Shown here: piece after piece, positions 30,336 to 40,453 of the stretch | Numbering within the stretch: position 1 is the first letter of the stretch | Layout: each line of letters begins with the position of its first letter | Origin: Calditrichia bacterium | GTDB lineage: Bacteria; Calditrichota; Calditrichia; RBG-13-44-9; J075 | Assembly (NCBI GenBank): GCA_050633245.1 | Contig: JBOEGD010000020.1 | Coordinates: 1 to 56,173, forward strand | Direction: 5' to 3' | Length of the DNA: 56,173 nucleotides | The notes under the pieces: model-generated | The model's input: the letters and a program-made list of their open reading frames with translations, nothing else | Databases searched by the model: none | Told to the model about the DNA's origin: nothing | Made by a program: the position numbers and the translations under genes

Positions 30336-31713
30336 AATACAAATACAGCTTCGTGCACTTCCCTCGGTGCAAGAACTTTTACAGCATCCGCAAGTGCAAC
30401 ATCTTGAAATAGCTGCTGTGCCATTAACGCAGATAGTGAAGGAAGAGCTGGAGAGTTTGCGCAAGACCATTCTCGCTGCCAAATTTACGCAGCATGATAG
30501 TGTGCAAATCCTGGTTAAAAATATCTGTCTTCGGGGAAACGCTTTACTTCGACCATCGCTCCAGCGTGTGGTTAACGCTTCCGGCATTATCCTTCATACC
30601 AATATGGGAAGAGCACCACTTGCCGATACTGCCCGAGAAGCCGTTATGGAAGCAACGGAAAACTATTCCAATATCGAAATAGATTTATCCTCCGGCAAGC
30701 GAGGAAATCGCCAGGACCACTGTGAAGAACTGCTAAAATTGCTTACCGGAGCAGAAGCAGCGATGGTCGTAAACAATTGTGCCGCGGCAACGCTGCTGGC
30801 ACTAAGCGCAATTTGTCGTCGCAAAGAGGTGCCGGTGTCGCGCGGTGAGCTCGTCGAAATTGGCGGCTCGTTTCGCATGCCCGATGTAATGAAGTTCAGT
30901 GGTGCAAAAATGGTAGAAATTGGCACCACGAACAAAACGCATTTGCAGGACTATGCCGAAGCTGTAAATGAAAAGACTGCGGCAATTCTAAAAGTCCACT
31001 ACAGCAACTATCGCATTGTCGGCTTTACCAAAGAAGTCTCTATTGCCGAGTTGGGAGAGCTTGCACAGCAGAAGCAGGTGCCGCTCATTTATGATATGGG
31101 CAGCGGAATGCTGGAAGACATGCAGCACCTTGGATATCCCTACGAGCCGACAGCCCGGGAGATTTTGGATGCGGGTGTGGATGTTTTGTTATTTAGCGGC
31201 GATAAAATTCTTGGCGGTTCCCAAAGTGGGATTGTTGTTGGCAAGAAAAGATATATTAACAAACTACGAAAATTTCATCTTGCTCGTGCCCTTCGTTGCG
31301 ATAAAATGACGCTTGCCGCGCTGGAGGCAACGCTGCGTCTGTATCTTCAGCCAGAGCAATTAACTCACACGCTTCCCGTGGCGCAAATGCTGGCATTGAA
31401 TGTGGAGTCGCTACGGTCTCGCGCTGAAAACATCGTTGCACAGCTTGTAGACTGCACAGTATCTGTTGAGGTTACAGAGGCGACCTCGCAAATTGGAAGC
31501 GGAGCATTTCCATTGGAAACGCTTCCGTCGATTGCGTTGCAGCTTTCAGGGCCGCTCTCGCCGCTAAAACTTCAGACGAAACTTCGTGACTCGCAGGTGC
31601 CGATTATTGGCTATGTTCAAGACGATGTTCTTCTGCTGAACTTGCGTACTGTTCGCGATGATGAAGACGAACTTATCTTGCAGGCTTTGCAAAGCTTGTT
31701 GCCAAAAAGCTAA
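30319..31713 (+). CDS. selA: L-seryl-tRNA(Sec) selenium transferase
   Basis: NASGIILHTNMGRAP, VNNCAAA, SRGELVEIGGSFR and PLP lysine motif FSGDKILGG. Confidence 0.96.
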   Translation: MKPTPEIQIQLRALPSVQELLQHPQVQHLEIAAVPLTQIVKEELESLRKTILAAKFTQHDSVQILVKNICLRGNALLRPSLQRVVNASGIILHTNMGRAPLADTAREAVMEATENYSNIEIDLSSGKRGNRQDHCEELLKLLTGAEAAMVVNNCAAATLLALSAICRRKEVPVSRGELVEIGGSFRMPDVMKFSGAKMVEIGTTNKTHLQDYAEAVNEKTAAILKVHYSNYRIVGFTKEVSIAELGELAQQKQVPLIYDMGSGMLEDMQHLGYPYEPTAREILDAGVDVLLFSGDKILGGSQSGIVVGKKRYINKLRKFHLARALRCDKMTLAALEATLRLYLQPEQLTHTLPVAQMLALNVESLRSRAENIVAQLVDCTVSVEVTEATSQIGSGAFPLETLPSIALQLSGPLSPLKLQTKLRDSQVPIIGYVQDDVLLLNLRTVRDDEDELILQALQSLLPKS

Positions 31714-31718
31714 CTCCC

Positions 31719-33653
31719 ATGATGCAATCGAAACAAACGCATTCCTCAACACAGCGCCAGTATGTTATCGGTACGGCAGGCCATATCGATCATGGCAAGA
31801 CGGCTCTGGTTAAGCAGTTAACCGGAATCGATACCGATCGCCTTCCCGAAGAAAAAGCGCGCGGAATTACCATCGACCTCGGTTTTGCGCATCTTTCTGA
31901 TAATACAACGATTATTGATGTTCCAGGACATGAAAAGCTGATAAAAACCATGGTAGCCGGTGTCAGCTCAATAGACATGATGCTATTGGTTATTGCTGCT
32001 GACGACGGTGTGATGCCGCAGACGCGAGAGCATATAGACATCATCCGCCTGTTACAGATAAAGCATGGGGTTATTGCTATAACCAAAACCGATCTGGCAG
32101 ATGAGGATTGGCTTCAGCTTGTAGAAGATGATGTAAGAGGACTGCTTAGAGGAAGCGCCTTCGAGCAGTCGCCGGTTATTCGCACCTCTTCTGAAACCGG
32201 AGATGGGATTCCCGAACTGCATGCACAAATAATGGCAATGTTAAAAGATATTCCACCTCGCCAGGATCATGAGCTGCTCCGCATGCCGGTGGACCGGGTG
32301 TTTTCGGTCAAAGGATTCGGTACTGTTTTAACCGGGACGTTACTCTCAGGCAGCCTGTGTGAAGGCGATAAACTTCAGCTGCTCCCTGCCAAAACAGACG
32401 TGCGGGTACGTGGACTACAATCACACGATTCCGGCTCCGAGCAGTTACAAATCGGTAGCAGAGCAGCTGTGAATGTTGCTGGTGTAGACGTTGCCGATAC
32501 CCATCGTGGAATGGCATTGGTTCAACCCGATAGCTTTGCCCCGGCCGATATCCTCAATGTCCGTTTGCGGCTTTTAAAATCAGCAGGTGTAAAGCTAAAA
32601 AACAATCAGCGTGTTCGGCTTCATGTGCATACTGCCGAGGTGTTTGCCAGAGTCTTGCTGCCATTTCAAACCGCACTTCAACCAGGTGAAGACGCTTTTG
32701 TGCAGCTGCGTCTGGAAGAGCCACTTCATGCTGCTTTTCAGGATAGGTTCATTATCAGACAATATTCTCCGCAGCATACCATTGGGGGTGGCGTTGTGCT
32801 GCAGGTGAACCCTATCCGTTACCGAAAGAAATATGCTGTGCTTTTTCGAAAAACGCTGGAACACTTGCATTCAGATGATCCTGCTCAACATATTCCGGCT
32901 GTCTTTGATGAGATCGATTGCTCGATGATGAGCTTTAATGAGGTTCGCATTGCGACCAGCCTCTCGGAAAACAACCTGCGGAAACAGCTAAAAAAACTTA
33001 TCGCCAAACAGCAAATCTTTCGAGAGACGGGCAAGATGGAAGCCTATCTTTCTATTGGGCAGCTAAATGTCGTTCTCAATGCGGTTGAACGAATACTGGA
33101 ACCTTATCATAAAACATATCCCGGTCGTGCCGGGCTATCCGAAATTGAGCTGGTTGGCGCGCTGGAACAGCGCTTCGATCCTGCGCTGGTGCGCCGGGCT
33201 TTAAAAGCCGGTGTGCACGGCAAGCGATTGGCGGGTGACGGAGTGTATCGGCTCCCCGGTTTTCAGCAAACTCTATCGACAAAAGACGGAACCGTTTTTC
33301 AGGAACTGGAAAAACGCTATCGCGAAGCAGCATTAACTCCACCGACCCTGAAAGAAGCACAGCAGCTTTCAGGGCTTGACGGCAAGACGTTCAAAGAGCT
33401 GATGATGCATTTTCGTGAAGGCAATAAGCTGATACCGGTCGCAGAAGGTTTGTTGTTTTACCATGAGGCTATTGACGTACTAATCGAAAAACTAAGACAT
33501 GTTTTTACAGAACAAGAATCTCTCGGTGTTCCCGAGTTCAAGGAAATAACCGGAACAACCCGTAAACACGCAATTCCATTGTTGGCTTGGTTGGATAAAA
33601 AAGGATACACGCGTCGAGAAGGGGATCTGCGAATAAAGGGTGATCTTTTCTAA
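31719..33653 (+). CDS. selB: Selenocysteine-specific translation elongation factor
   Basis: GTAGHIDHGKT, RGITIDLGFA, DVPGHE, MPQTREH; C-terminal winged helix TRKHAIPLL. Confidence 0.96.
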   Translation: MMQSKQTHSSTQRQYVIGTAGHIDHGKTALVKQLTGIDTDRLPEEKARGITIDLGFAHLSDNTTIIDVPGHEKLIKTMVAGVSSIDMMLLVIAADDGVMPQTREHIDIIRLLQIKHGVIAITKTDLADEDWLQLVEDDVRGLLRGSAFEQSPVIRTSSETGDGIPELHAQIMAMLKDIPPRQDHELLRMPVDRVFSVKGFGTVLTGTLLSGSLCEGDKLQLLPAKTDVRVRGLQSHDSGSEQLQIGSRAAVNVAGVDVADTHRGMALVQPDSFAPADILNVRLRLLKSAGVKLKNNQRVRLHVHTAEVFARVLLPFQTALQPGEDAFVQLRLEEPLHAAFQDRFIIRQYSPQHTIGGGVVLQVNPIRYRKKYAVLFRKTLEHLHSDDPAQHIPAVFDEIDCSMMSFNEVRIATSLSENNLRKQLKKLIAKQQIFRETGKMEAYLSIGQLNVVLNAVERILEPYHKTYPGRAGLSEIELVGALEQRFDPALVRRALKAGVHGKRLAGDGVYRLPGFQQTLSTKDGTVFQELEKRYREAALTPPTLKEAQQLSGLDGKTFKELMMHFREGNKLIPVAEGLLFYHEAIDVLIEKLRHVFTEQESLGVPEFKEITGTTRKHAIPLLAWLDKKGYTRREGDLRIKGDLF

Positions 33654-33656
33654 CCA

Positions 33657-33685
33657 TTGCTTTTTACAAACTATACCGCTATAAT
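33657..33685 (+). promoter_or_regulatory. Sigma70 promoter of the TPP-riboswitch operon
   Basis: TTGCTT-17bp-TATAAT immediately upstream of the aptamer. Confidence 0.75.
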
Positions 33686-33688
33686 ATG

Positions 33689-33770
33689 CGCGTCAGGGGT
33701 GCCCGAAAGTACCGGGCTGAGATTATACCCTTATTACCTGATCTGGTTTATACCAGCGTAGGGAGATGGC
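33689..33770 (+). ncRNA. TPP riboswitch aptamer
   Basis: GGGGTGC...GGCTGAGA..ATACCC...ACCTGATCTGGTTTATACCAGCGTAGGGA matches the THI-box consensus. Confidence 0.95.
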
Positions 33771-33809
33771 TCTCATATTTGCCCGCCGTAAGGCTTTCTG
33801 GAATATCTT

Positions 33810-33844
33810 AGCCGCTTCCTGCATTGGGAATCGGCTTTTATTTT
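33810..33844 (+). terminator. Riboswitch expression-platform terminator
   Basis: AGCCG-CTTCC..GGAAT-CGGCT stem followed by TTTATTTT, just before the AGGAGG RBS. Confidence 0.6.
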
Positions 33845-33856
33845 AGGAGGCTTCTC

Positions 33857-36274
33857 ATGCAGAAGACAATTTTTATTCTACTACTAATTTCCCAGTTCGC
33901 ATTGGCGCAGTCAAGCTTTTCGGGTGTAATTCGTGATGCCGAAACCGGCGAAGGCCTTGCCGGTGCGGAAATAGTTTTTTCCAACGGTACTGCTGTTATC
34001 GCTGATGGCGACGGCGCATTTCTTATCCAAAGTCGCTCTGAAACGAGCTTGTCTTATCAGGTCTCTTATGTTGGCTATCGACAGGCAACCGGAACGCTCG
34101 AAGCGAATAGCGGTAACGCTGTTGATATTCTACTTTCTCCATCTCCGCTAAAGGGGCGTGAAGTGCTTGTTCTTTCTACGCGGGCAGAAGCCGGGGAGTC
34201 TCCGGCTACCTTTAGTACCTTGACGCGCGAAGACCTGGATGTTCGTTACTACGCGCAGGATTTGCCGGTATTGCTCAGTGACCTGCCTTCTTCCAGTTAT
34301 TACTCGGAAAGCGGAAATGGTATTGGCTACAATTACCTTAGCATTCGCGGATTCGATCAGCGTCGTGTTTCAGTTATGGTGAACGGCATTCCTCAGAACG
34401 ATCCTGAAGACCATAATGTGTACTATGTAAACTTTCCGGACTTTCTAAGCAATGTGGAAGATGTGCAGGTGCAGCGTGGTGCCGGGAACGCTTTTTACGG
34501 TCCGGCTGCAATTGGTGGATCGATTAACATTGTTACCTCCGGCGTGTCGCCCGAGAAGGGAATAAAGGCTAGTGGGGGACTTGGCTCTTTCGGCACGCGC
34601 AAGTATTCCCTATTTCTAAACAGCGGTTTGCTAAAGGATAAGTATGTCTTCTCCGCTCGTGCCTCGCGGATTGAGAGCGATGGTTATCGCGATCGTAGTG
34701 GTGTTGAATTTACCGGTTTTTTTGTAAGTGGTGCCCGCTTTGGTGATCGGTCTTCTACCAGGCTCAATGCTTATGGCGGTCCAATTAAAGATCAGCTGGC
34801 ATTTTTGGGAATCTCAAAAGAAGCAGCTCTTGACCGCAGTACCCGTCGTACCAATCCACTATCGCGGGATGACGAGCGTGAGAGTTTCAATCAACCCCAT
34901 ATTGAGCTGATTCACGATTATCAGATAAGTGAAAAGATTAATTTTCGCAACACCGTGTTCGGAATTCGCGGGGCCGGTTTTTTTGACTTCGACGGCTCGT
35001 GGGCTTCTCCGGGCTATTTGCGTCTTACGCCAGAGTTTGGTTTCGACCTGCAAACCGATCCCAATAACTTTGGATTTACCGACGACCTGCTTATCCGCGC
35101 GTATGTCGACAATAAGCAGGCGGGTTGGTATCCGTCGCTTGACTATTCAAGTGAAAGGTTAAATCTTACTGTCGGAAGTGAGCTGCGTACGCATCGTTCA
35201 TTGCATTGGGGACGAATACAAAAGGCCAGCGGCGATCTGCTGCCGCAAGCAACCTCAGGTGAATTTAGTGGTCAGAATTATATCGGGGACCGCCGATTCT
35301 ATGAATATAGCGGCGGCAAAGATATTCTCGCGCCTTTTGCAAATGCATCGTGGCGATTGAATGAACGTTTTCTACTGCAAGCCGGCTTACATGCGGTCTA
35401 CCAGCGTTATAAGCTATTTGATGAAGCGTTTATCGGAACCGAATTTGACTACGACTACTTTTTCCTCAATCCACGTATTGGATTAAACGTTACGCTTACT
35501 CCGGAAATATCGAGCTTTGTCAGTTTCTCCCGAACCAACCGTGAGCCGCGTTTAAGTCGCTTGTACGATGCCGGTGAGTCGGGTGGCGGAGCTGAACCTG
35601 AATTTGAGCGCAATGCCGATGGCAGCTTCGACTTTGATCGTCCATTTGCCAAGCCAGAGAAACTGAATGATATTGAGGTTGGCCTAAGCTATCGTTCCGA
35701 TAGAACCTTTGGTTCTGTAAACCTTTACTATATGGATTTTCGCGATGAGATAATTCGCAATGGCCAAGTCGATATTTTTGGTCAGGCTCGTACGGGAAAT
35801 GCCGATCGTACACTTCATAGCGGTATCGAGTTTAGTGGTTCCTATCAGGTAACCCCCTGGCTCTCTGCGAAGGGAAATCTGACTGTTAGCGAAAATGAGA
35901 TAAAGGAATACGACGATTTTAGCAGCGGAACGGCCGTCTCATTGGCTAATACGCCGATTGTTGGTCACCCCGATCTGCTGTTTAACTCACGCCTGCAGTT
36001 TCAGAATAAGTATGTCGTAGCCTCGGTTGGAATGAAGCATGTCGGTGAGCAGTTTGTCGATTTGAACCCGGTAAAAGAAGGCAACAATACCGTTGATAGC
36101 TACACCGTTTTTGATGCAGTTTTAGGTAGTAACTTCGGGCAAAATGGAATCTTTTTCCAACTACATGTTCAAAATCTGTTTGATAGCCTATATATTACAC
36201 GTGGAGATGGGGCGGACAATTTCTTTCCCGCTGCAGAGCGACAGGTGTTTCTTAACATGCGTGTTGAGCTGTAG
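33857..36274 (+). CDS. TonB-dependent receptor, probably for thiamine or a thiamine-related compound
   Basis: Signal peptide at ATG 33857 (AGGAGG); plug motifs SIRGFD, NGIPQND, VQRG and GGSINI; beta-barrel; directly under a TPP riboswitch. Confidence 0.88.
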   Translation: MQKTIFILLLISQFALAQSSFSGVIRDAETGEGLAGAEIVFSNGTAVIADGDGAFLIQSRSETSLSYQVSYVGYRQATGTLEANSGNAVDILLSPSPLKGREVLVLSTRAEAGESPATFSTLTREDLDVRYYAQDLPVLLSDLPSSSYYSESGNGIGYNYLSIRGFDQRRVSVMVNGIPQNDPEDHNVYYVNFPDFLSNVEDVQVQRGAGNAFYGPAAIGGSINIVTSGVSPEKGIKASGGLGSFGTRKYSLFLNSGLLKDKYVFSARASRIESDGYRDRSGVEFTGFFVSGARFGDRSSTRLNAYGGPIKDQLAFLGISKEAALDRSTRRTNPLSRDDERESFNQPHIELIHDYQISEKINFRNTVFGIRGAGFFDFDGSWASPGYLRLTPEFGFDLQTDPNNFGFTDDLLIRAYVDNKQAGWYPSLDYSSERLNLTVGSELRTHRSLHWGRIQKASGDLLPQATSGEFSGQNYIGDRRFYEYSGGKDILAPFANASWRLNERFLLQAGLHAVYQRYKLFDEAFIGTEFDYDYFFLNPRIGLNVTLTPEISSFVSFSRTNREPRLSRLYDAGESGGGAEPEFERNADGSFDFDRPFAKPEKLNDIEVGLSYRSDRTFGSVNLYYMDFRDEIIRNGQVDIFGQARTGNADRTLHSGIEFSGSYQVTPWLSAKGNLTVSENEIKEYDDFSSGTAVSLANTPIVGHPDLLFNSRLQFQNKYVVASVGMKHVGEQFVDLNPVKEGNNTVDSYTVFDAVLGSNFGQNGIFFQLHVQNLFDSLYITRGDGADNFFPAAERQVFLNMRVEL

Positions 36275-36298
36275 CAAAACGCTTTTCAGGAGACTACC

Positions 36299-38353
36299 GT
36301 GCGATTTTTAATGACTTTTGTACTCGTTGCCATCTGCCTGACCACTGGTTGGGCAGAGCCGTTAATGGTTAATTCCCCTAATGGTGTGCTTGCGGTTTCA
36401 TTCGAATTAAAGAATGGCGAACCATTTTACTCTATCACTCGATTTGAACGCCCCGTTATTGAATCTTCCAGAATGGGATTTGTTCTTCGTGATGCCCGTG
36501 CTTTGAACGGCAGTTTCCGCGTGATAGAAAGTGAACTGCGTAATATTGATGATACGTGGACAACCGTTTTAGGCGAACGAAAGACGGTGCGAAATAACTT
36601 CACGGAATTACGTGTTGAGCTTGAAGAAACGACTCGCGAAAAACGTCGCATGACAATACGCTTTCGCGCATTCAACGACGGTGTCGGCTTTCGCTATGAA
36701 ATTCCAAAGCAGCGAAACCTTAAATCTATGAACATCATGGATGAGCTGACCGAGTTTGCTCTCGCAGGCGATCACGATTCCTGGTGGATTGGTGCCTATC
36801 AGTGGAATCGCTACGAGTATCTTTACAGCAATACGCCGTTAAGCGAAATTGATGTTGTGCATACGCCGTTTACTATGGAGACTAAACAAGGAATTTCACT
36901 AAGCATTCATGAGGCTGATTTAACTAATTATTCCAGCATGACTCTGCGTCGCAAGGGAAAGCACCTGCTTCAGGCCGACCTGGTTCCATGGTCCGATGGT
37001 ATCCGCGTTAAAACAAAGGCTCCAATGAAGACGCCTTGGAGAACAATTCTGATTACTGAAAATCCGAGTGAGCTTATTACCTCCGATCTGATGTTGAATC
37101 TTAATGAGCCGAACAAGATTAAAGATACATCATGGATTCAGCCGGCAAAATATGTTGGAATCTGGTGGGAGATGCACCTGAATGTGGCCAGTTGGGGATC
37201 AGGAGATAGGCATGGTGCAACGACTGCCAATACCAAACGCTATATCGACTTTGCAGCAGAGCATGGTTTTGACGGTGTCCTTGTAGAAGGTTGGAATGAA
37301 GGTTGGGATGGTGATTGGGTTCGGGATGGCCATAAGTTCAGCTTTACAAAAACCTACCCTGATTTCGATATGCCTGAGTTATCTCGCTATGCTGCTGAAA
37401 AAGGAACGGCGATTATTGGACACCATGAAACCGGCGCTGGTGTTCTGAACTATGAAAGGCAAATGAACGACGCGTTCAAATACTATAATAAGTATGGTAT
37501 TAAGGCGATCAAAACAGGTTATGTCCAACATGGGCGAAATATAAAACGCATTGATGAAAATGGCGACGTGCAGTACGAATCTCATCACGGGCAGTTTATG
37601 GTGGAACACTATCGAAAGGTGATCGAGGAAGCAGCAAAATACAAGCTGATGATCAATGTGCATGAGCCCATAAAAGATACCGGGATTCGGCGTACCTGGC
37701 CAAACATGGTCTCTCGTGAAGGCGCACGTGGACAGGAATATAATGCCTGGGGAGAAAATGGTGGTAATCCCCCGGATCATACTACTATCCTTCCGTTTAC
37801 GCGGCTACTGGGTAGTCCGATGGATTTTACACCGGGCATCTTTGACTTGCTGTTCAAAGAAGCAAAACCGGCTAACCGAGTAAATACAACACTTGCAAAA
37901 CAGCTTGCATTATACGTAGTTATTTATAGTCCCATTCAAATGGCCGCGGACCTGCCTCAGAACTACGAAGCGAACATGCCACCTTTTCAATTTATTAAAG
38001 ATGTGCCTGCCGATTGGCAGGATACCAAGGTCTTGCATGCTCGCATTGGCGATTATGTAACGTTAATCCGCAAAGATCGTGCGAGTGAAGAGTGGTATCT
38101 TGGCAGCATTACAGATCAGGAAGGACGAGTCTTACGTGCGCCTCTTACGTTTCTTGATGAGTCCAGGCAGTATGTTGCTCAGGTCTACCGTGATGGAGAT
38201 GACGCCGATTGGCAGACAAATCCCTATCAACTGGTGATAGAGGAGAAGCTTGTCAACTCGCAGGACGAGTTAACACTTTATCTTGCACCCGGAGGCGGAC
38301 AAGCGATTCGCTTTAAGCCGGCAACTGACGCCGACATAAAACGTTTGCAATAA
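36299..38353 (+). CDS. Glycoside hydrolase family 97, SusB-like inverting alpha-glucosidase
   Basis: KYVGIWW, VLVEGWN, HHET, NVHE, EGARGQEY, MDFTPG and QMAAD motifs; signal peptide; GTG after AGGAG. Confidence 0.93.
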   Translation: MRFLMTFVLVAICLTTGWAEPLMVNSPNGVLAVSFELKNGEPFYSITRFERPVIESSRMGFVLRDARALNGSFRVIESELRNIDDTWTTVLGERKTVRNNFTELRVELEETTREKRRMTIRFRAFNDGVGFRYEIPKQRNLKSMNIMDELTEFALAGDHDSWWIGAYQWNRYEYLYSNTPLSEIDVVHTPFTMETKQGISLSIHEADLTNYSSMTLRRKGKHLLQADLVPWSDGIRVKTKAPMKTPWRTILITENPSELITSDLMLNLNEPNKIKDTSWIQPAKYVGIWWEMHLNVASWGSGDRHGATTANTKRYIDFAAEHGFDGVLVEGWNEGWDGDWVRDGHKFSFTKTYPDFDMPELSRYAAEKGTAIIGHHETGAGVLNYERQMNDAFKYYNKYGIKAIKTGYVQHGRNIKRIDENGDVQYESHHGQFMVEHYRKVIEEAAKYKLMINVHEPIKDTGIRRTWPNMVSREGARGQEYNAWGENGGNPPDHTTILPFTRLLGSPMDFTPGIFDLLFKEAKPANRVNTTLAKQLALYVVIYSPIQMAADLPQNYEANMPPFQFIKDVPADWQDTKVLHARIGDYVTLIRKDRASEEWYLGSITDQEGRVLRAPLTFLDESRQYVAQVYRDGDDADWQTNPYQLVIEEKLVNSQDELTLYLAPGGGQAIRFKPATDADIKRLQ

Positions 38354-39006
38354 TGCACGATAGAATATCCAATAGTTTTGGTTTACGTTCTGCCCTTGTC
38401 GTCGCAAACGGAGGCCTTAGTAAAAATGAACTGAGTAAGATTTCAGGGCAATTATTTGACCTGATCGTTGCAGCAGACGGAGGCGCTGACAGTCTCATCG
38501 ACACAGATTACTCCCCCAATCTGATTGTTGGTGATCTGGATTCTGTTTCCTCTGCTGCGCGTCAGGCTATTTCTCCGGAAAATATTCTTCATATACCCTC
38601 GCAGGAATCAACCGATCTGGAAAAAGCGCTGCTTGTTTGTCGTGATCGCGGAATTACTGATATCACGCTTGTTGGCGCTTTTGGTAAGCGGTTGGATCAT
38701 ACGCTGAACAACCTCTCCATTCTCTGTCGTTACGATCGTCAATTTACGCTTACCTTGCTAGAAAAGTTCTCTCAGCTCTTTTTGGTGCGCGAGAGCTGGG
38801 AATATCATGGTCATCCCGGGCAGACCGTTTCACTTATTCCACTATCAGCTATTTCTGCTGTTCAGACTACCGGACTGGTTTATCCTTTAAATAGTGAGCC
38901 TTTGGCCTTGGGCGTTCGCGAGGGATCTAGTAATGAAATTACGACGGGCGCTGTGCGTGTAGAGGTTTCAAATGGAGTCTTGGCTGTTTTTGTGCTGGAT
39001 GACTAA
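38353..39006 (+). CDS. thiN: Thiamine pyrophosphokinase
   Basis: AADGGA, VGDLDS, TDLEKAL, GKRLDHTL.N, GLVYPL and GSSNE; TAATG coupling to GH97. Confidence 0.93.
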   Translation: MHDRISNSFGLRSALVVANGGLSKNELSKISGQLFDLIVAADGGADSLIDTDYSPNLIVGDLDSVSSAARQAISPENILHIPSQESTDLEKALLVCRDRGITDITLVGAFGKRLDHTLNNLSILCRYDRQFTLTLLEKFSQLFLVRESWEYHGHPGQTVSLIPLSAISAVQTTGLVYPLNSEPLALGVREGSSNEITTGAVRVEVSNGVLAVFVLDD

Positions 39007-39345
39007 CTTCTCACTTTTTGAGAGAGTATCTCTCGATTATTTTCCTGTTATTGTGCAATAAAATCGAAACATTACTTTTACCATCTTCCTGTAGCAGTTA
39101 CATTTATTGGCTGGCGAGTCTGTGAAACTCAGATCATTTCGTATCCGTCGATAATATAATGGCGCCGATCGAATCTAATTGTCAACACGACCTGGAATAA
39201 ATGCTGTTGCGAGTTTAAGCAAATTTCACTTTTTTGTCATAGTTCCCCCATTGATTTTACATACACATGCTTACATTTTATTACTTGAATACGATATGCA
39301 TATATGATAGTGAAGACTAAATGAAGTGATATAAAGGAGATACCC

Positions 39346-40284
39346 ATGGGACAAGCAATGCTCTACATCTTACTGGTTATTCTTGCGATTCAGACGAGTG
39401 GCTGCTCGGGAAGTGCAGATGAGGCTGAAGCAGTTGCAGTTGAAGAAATTGAGCTCGATGAGCGCTTTACTCGCTACTGGTATTCCGGTAAGGCGGAGCT
39501 GACCCGATATGAACTAGAACAGAGCCGCTACGGTGAAACGCATTCCGGAGATGCGGTCTTGATTTTTGTTACGGAAGACTTCTGGGCAAACAAGCAGGTT
39601 AAATACGAGTTTGGGGATAAAACATCAGCCGTTCTACCGATTCTTAAACTTAATTTTACGCGTACGTTCAATACCGGAATCTATCCTTACTCTATGATGA
39701 CCTCTATATTTTCACCGATTCAGAAACACAATTCCCTTAAAGTGACGATGACATCTCAGGAATGGTGTGGGCATGCCTTTGCGCAGCTGAACCTGCGTGA
39801 GGACGAGTATATCGGGCAGCTACGATCGTATTTCCAGGCAGAGGGTGATCGAGAATATCGTTTAAGCCCCGACCTGCTGGAAGATGAAATCTGGACTCGT
39901 CTAAGACTTAATCCCTATTCGTTACCGACCGGAACGATATCCGTAGCGCCTGGAATGCAGTATGAACGTTTGGCACACATTGAACCCGGGACTTATGAGG
40001 CCACTGCAGAACGCGATCAAGTTCGCAATGCAGACTTTTCAAAGAACCTGATTGGTGTCTATCGGCTTACCTATAATGAACTACCGCGAGTTTTGGAAGT
40101 ATACTATGAACCTGTCTTTCCACATCGAATTCTAGGTTGGGAAGAGCGATATCGCCCGGAGCGTCTTGGTATTAATGATTGGAAAGTAACGCGGGCAAAA
40201 CGGACTCATGAAATGCTGAGTGATTATTGGAGCCGTAATTCTGTTGCAGACTCATTGCTACGCACTGAACTGGGGTTAAAATAA
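39346..40284 (+). CDS. Conserved hypothetical exported protein/lipoprotein
   Basis: AAGGAG RBS; N-terminal hydrophobic segment with SG-C; YWY.GKAE..Y.L.Q.RYGE, FVTEDF, TGIYPYS and QEWCG motifs that I recall from Bacteroidota homologues. Confidence 0.8.
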   Translation: MGQAMLYILLVILAIQTSGCSGSADEAEAVAVEEIELDERFTRYWYSGKAELTRYELEQSRYGETHSGDAVLIFVTEDFWANKQVKYEFGDKTSAVLPILKLNFTRTFNTGIYPYSMMTSIFSPIQKHNSLKVTMTSQEWCGHAFAQLNLREDEYIGQLRSYFQAEGDREYRLSPDLLEDEIWTRLRLNPYSLPTGTISVAPGMQYERLAHIEPGTYEATAERDQVRNADFSKNLIGVYRLTYNELPRVLEVYYEPVFPHRILGWEERYRPERLGINDWKVTRAKRTHEMLSDYWSRNSVADSLLRTELGLK

Positions 40285-40453
40285 AGTGTAGAAAAAGATT
40301 TTCAGTAAACGTATTGCGGAAATCGCTTCGTTGCGTTAGTTTAGCTCTTTCCTGCATAAATATTCTATATAGTGGCAGGTAATAGAGTAATTGTTCTTTG
40401 AGAAATGTATCATCGTCGACGTAGGTTGACATTCTTTTCATGAGGTTACGAAT

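Noticed and set aside
39346-40284. Maf septum-formation inhibitor label
   Set aside because: Homologues are, as I recall, often labelled this way, but no Maf (LAS.SPRR) motifs are present and the protein looks exported.
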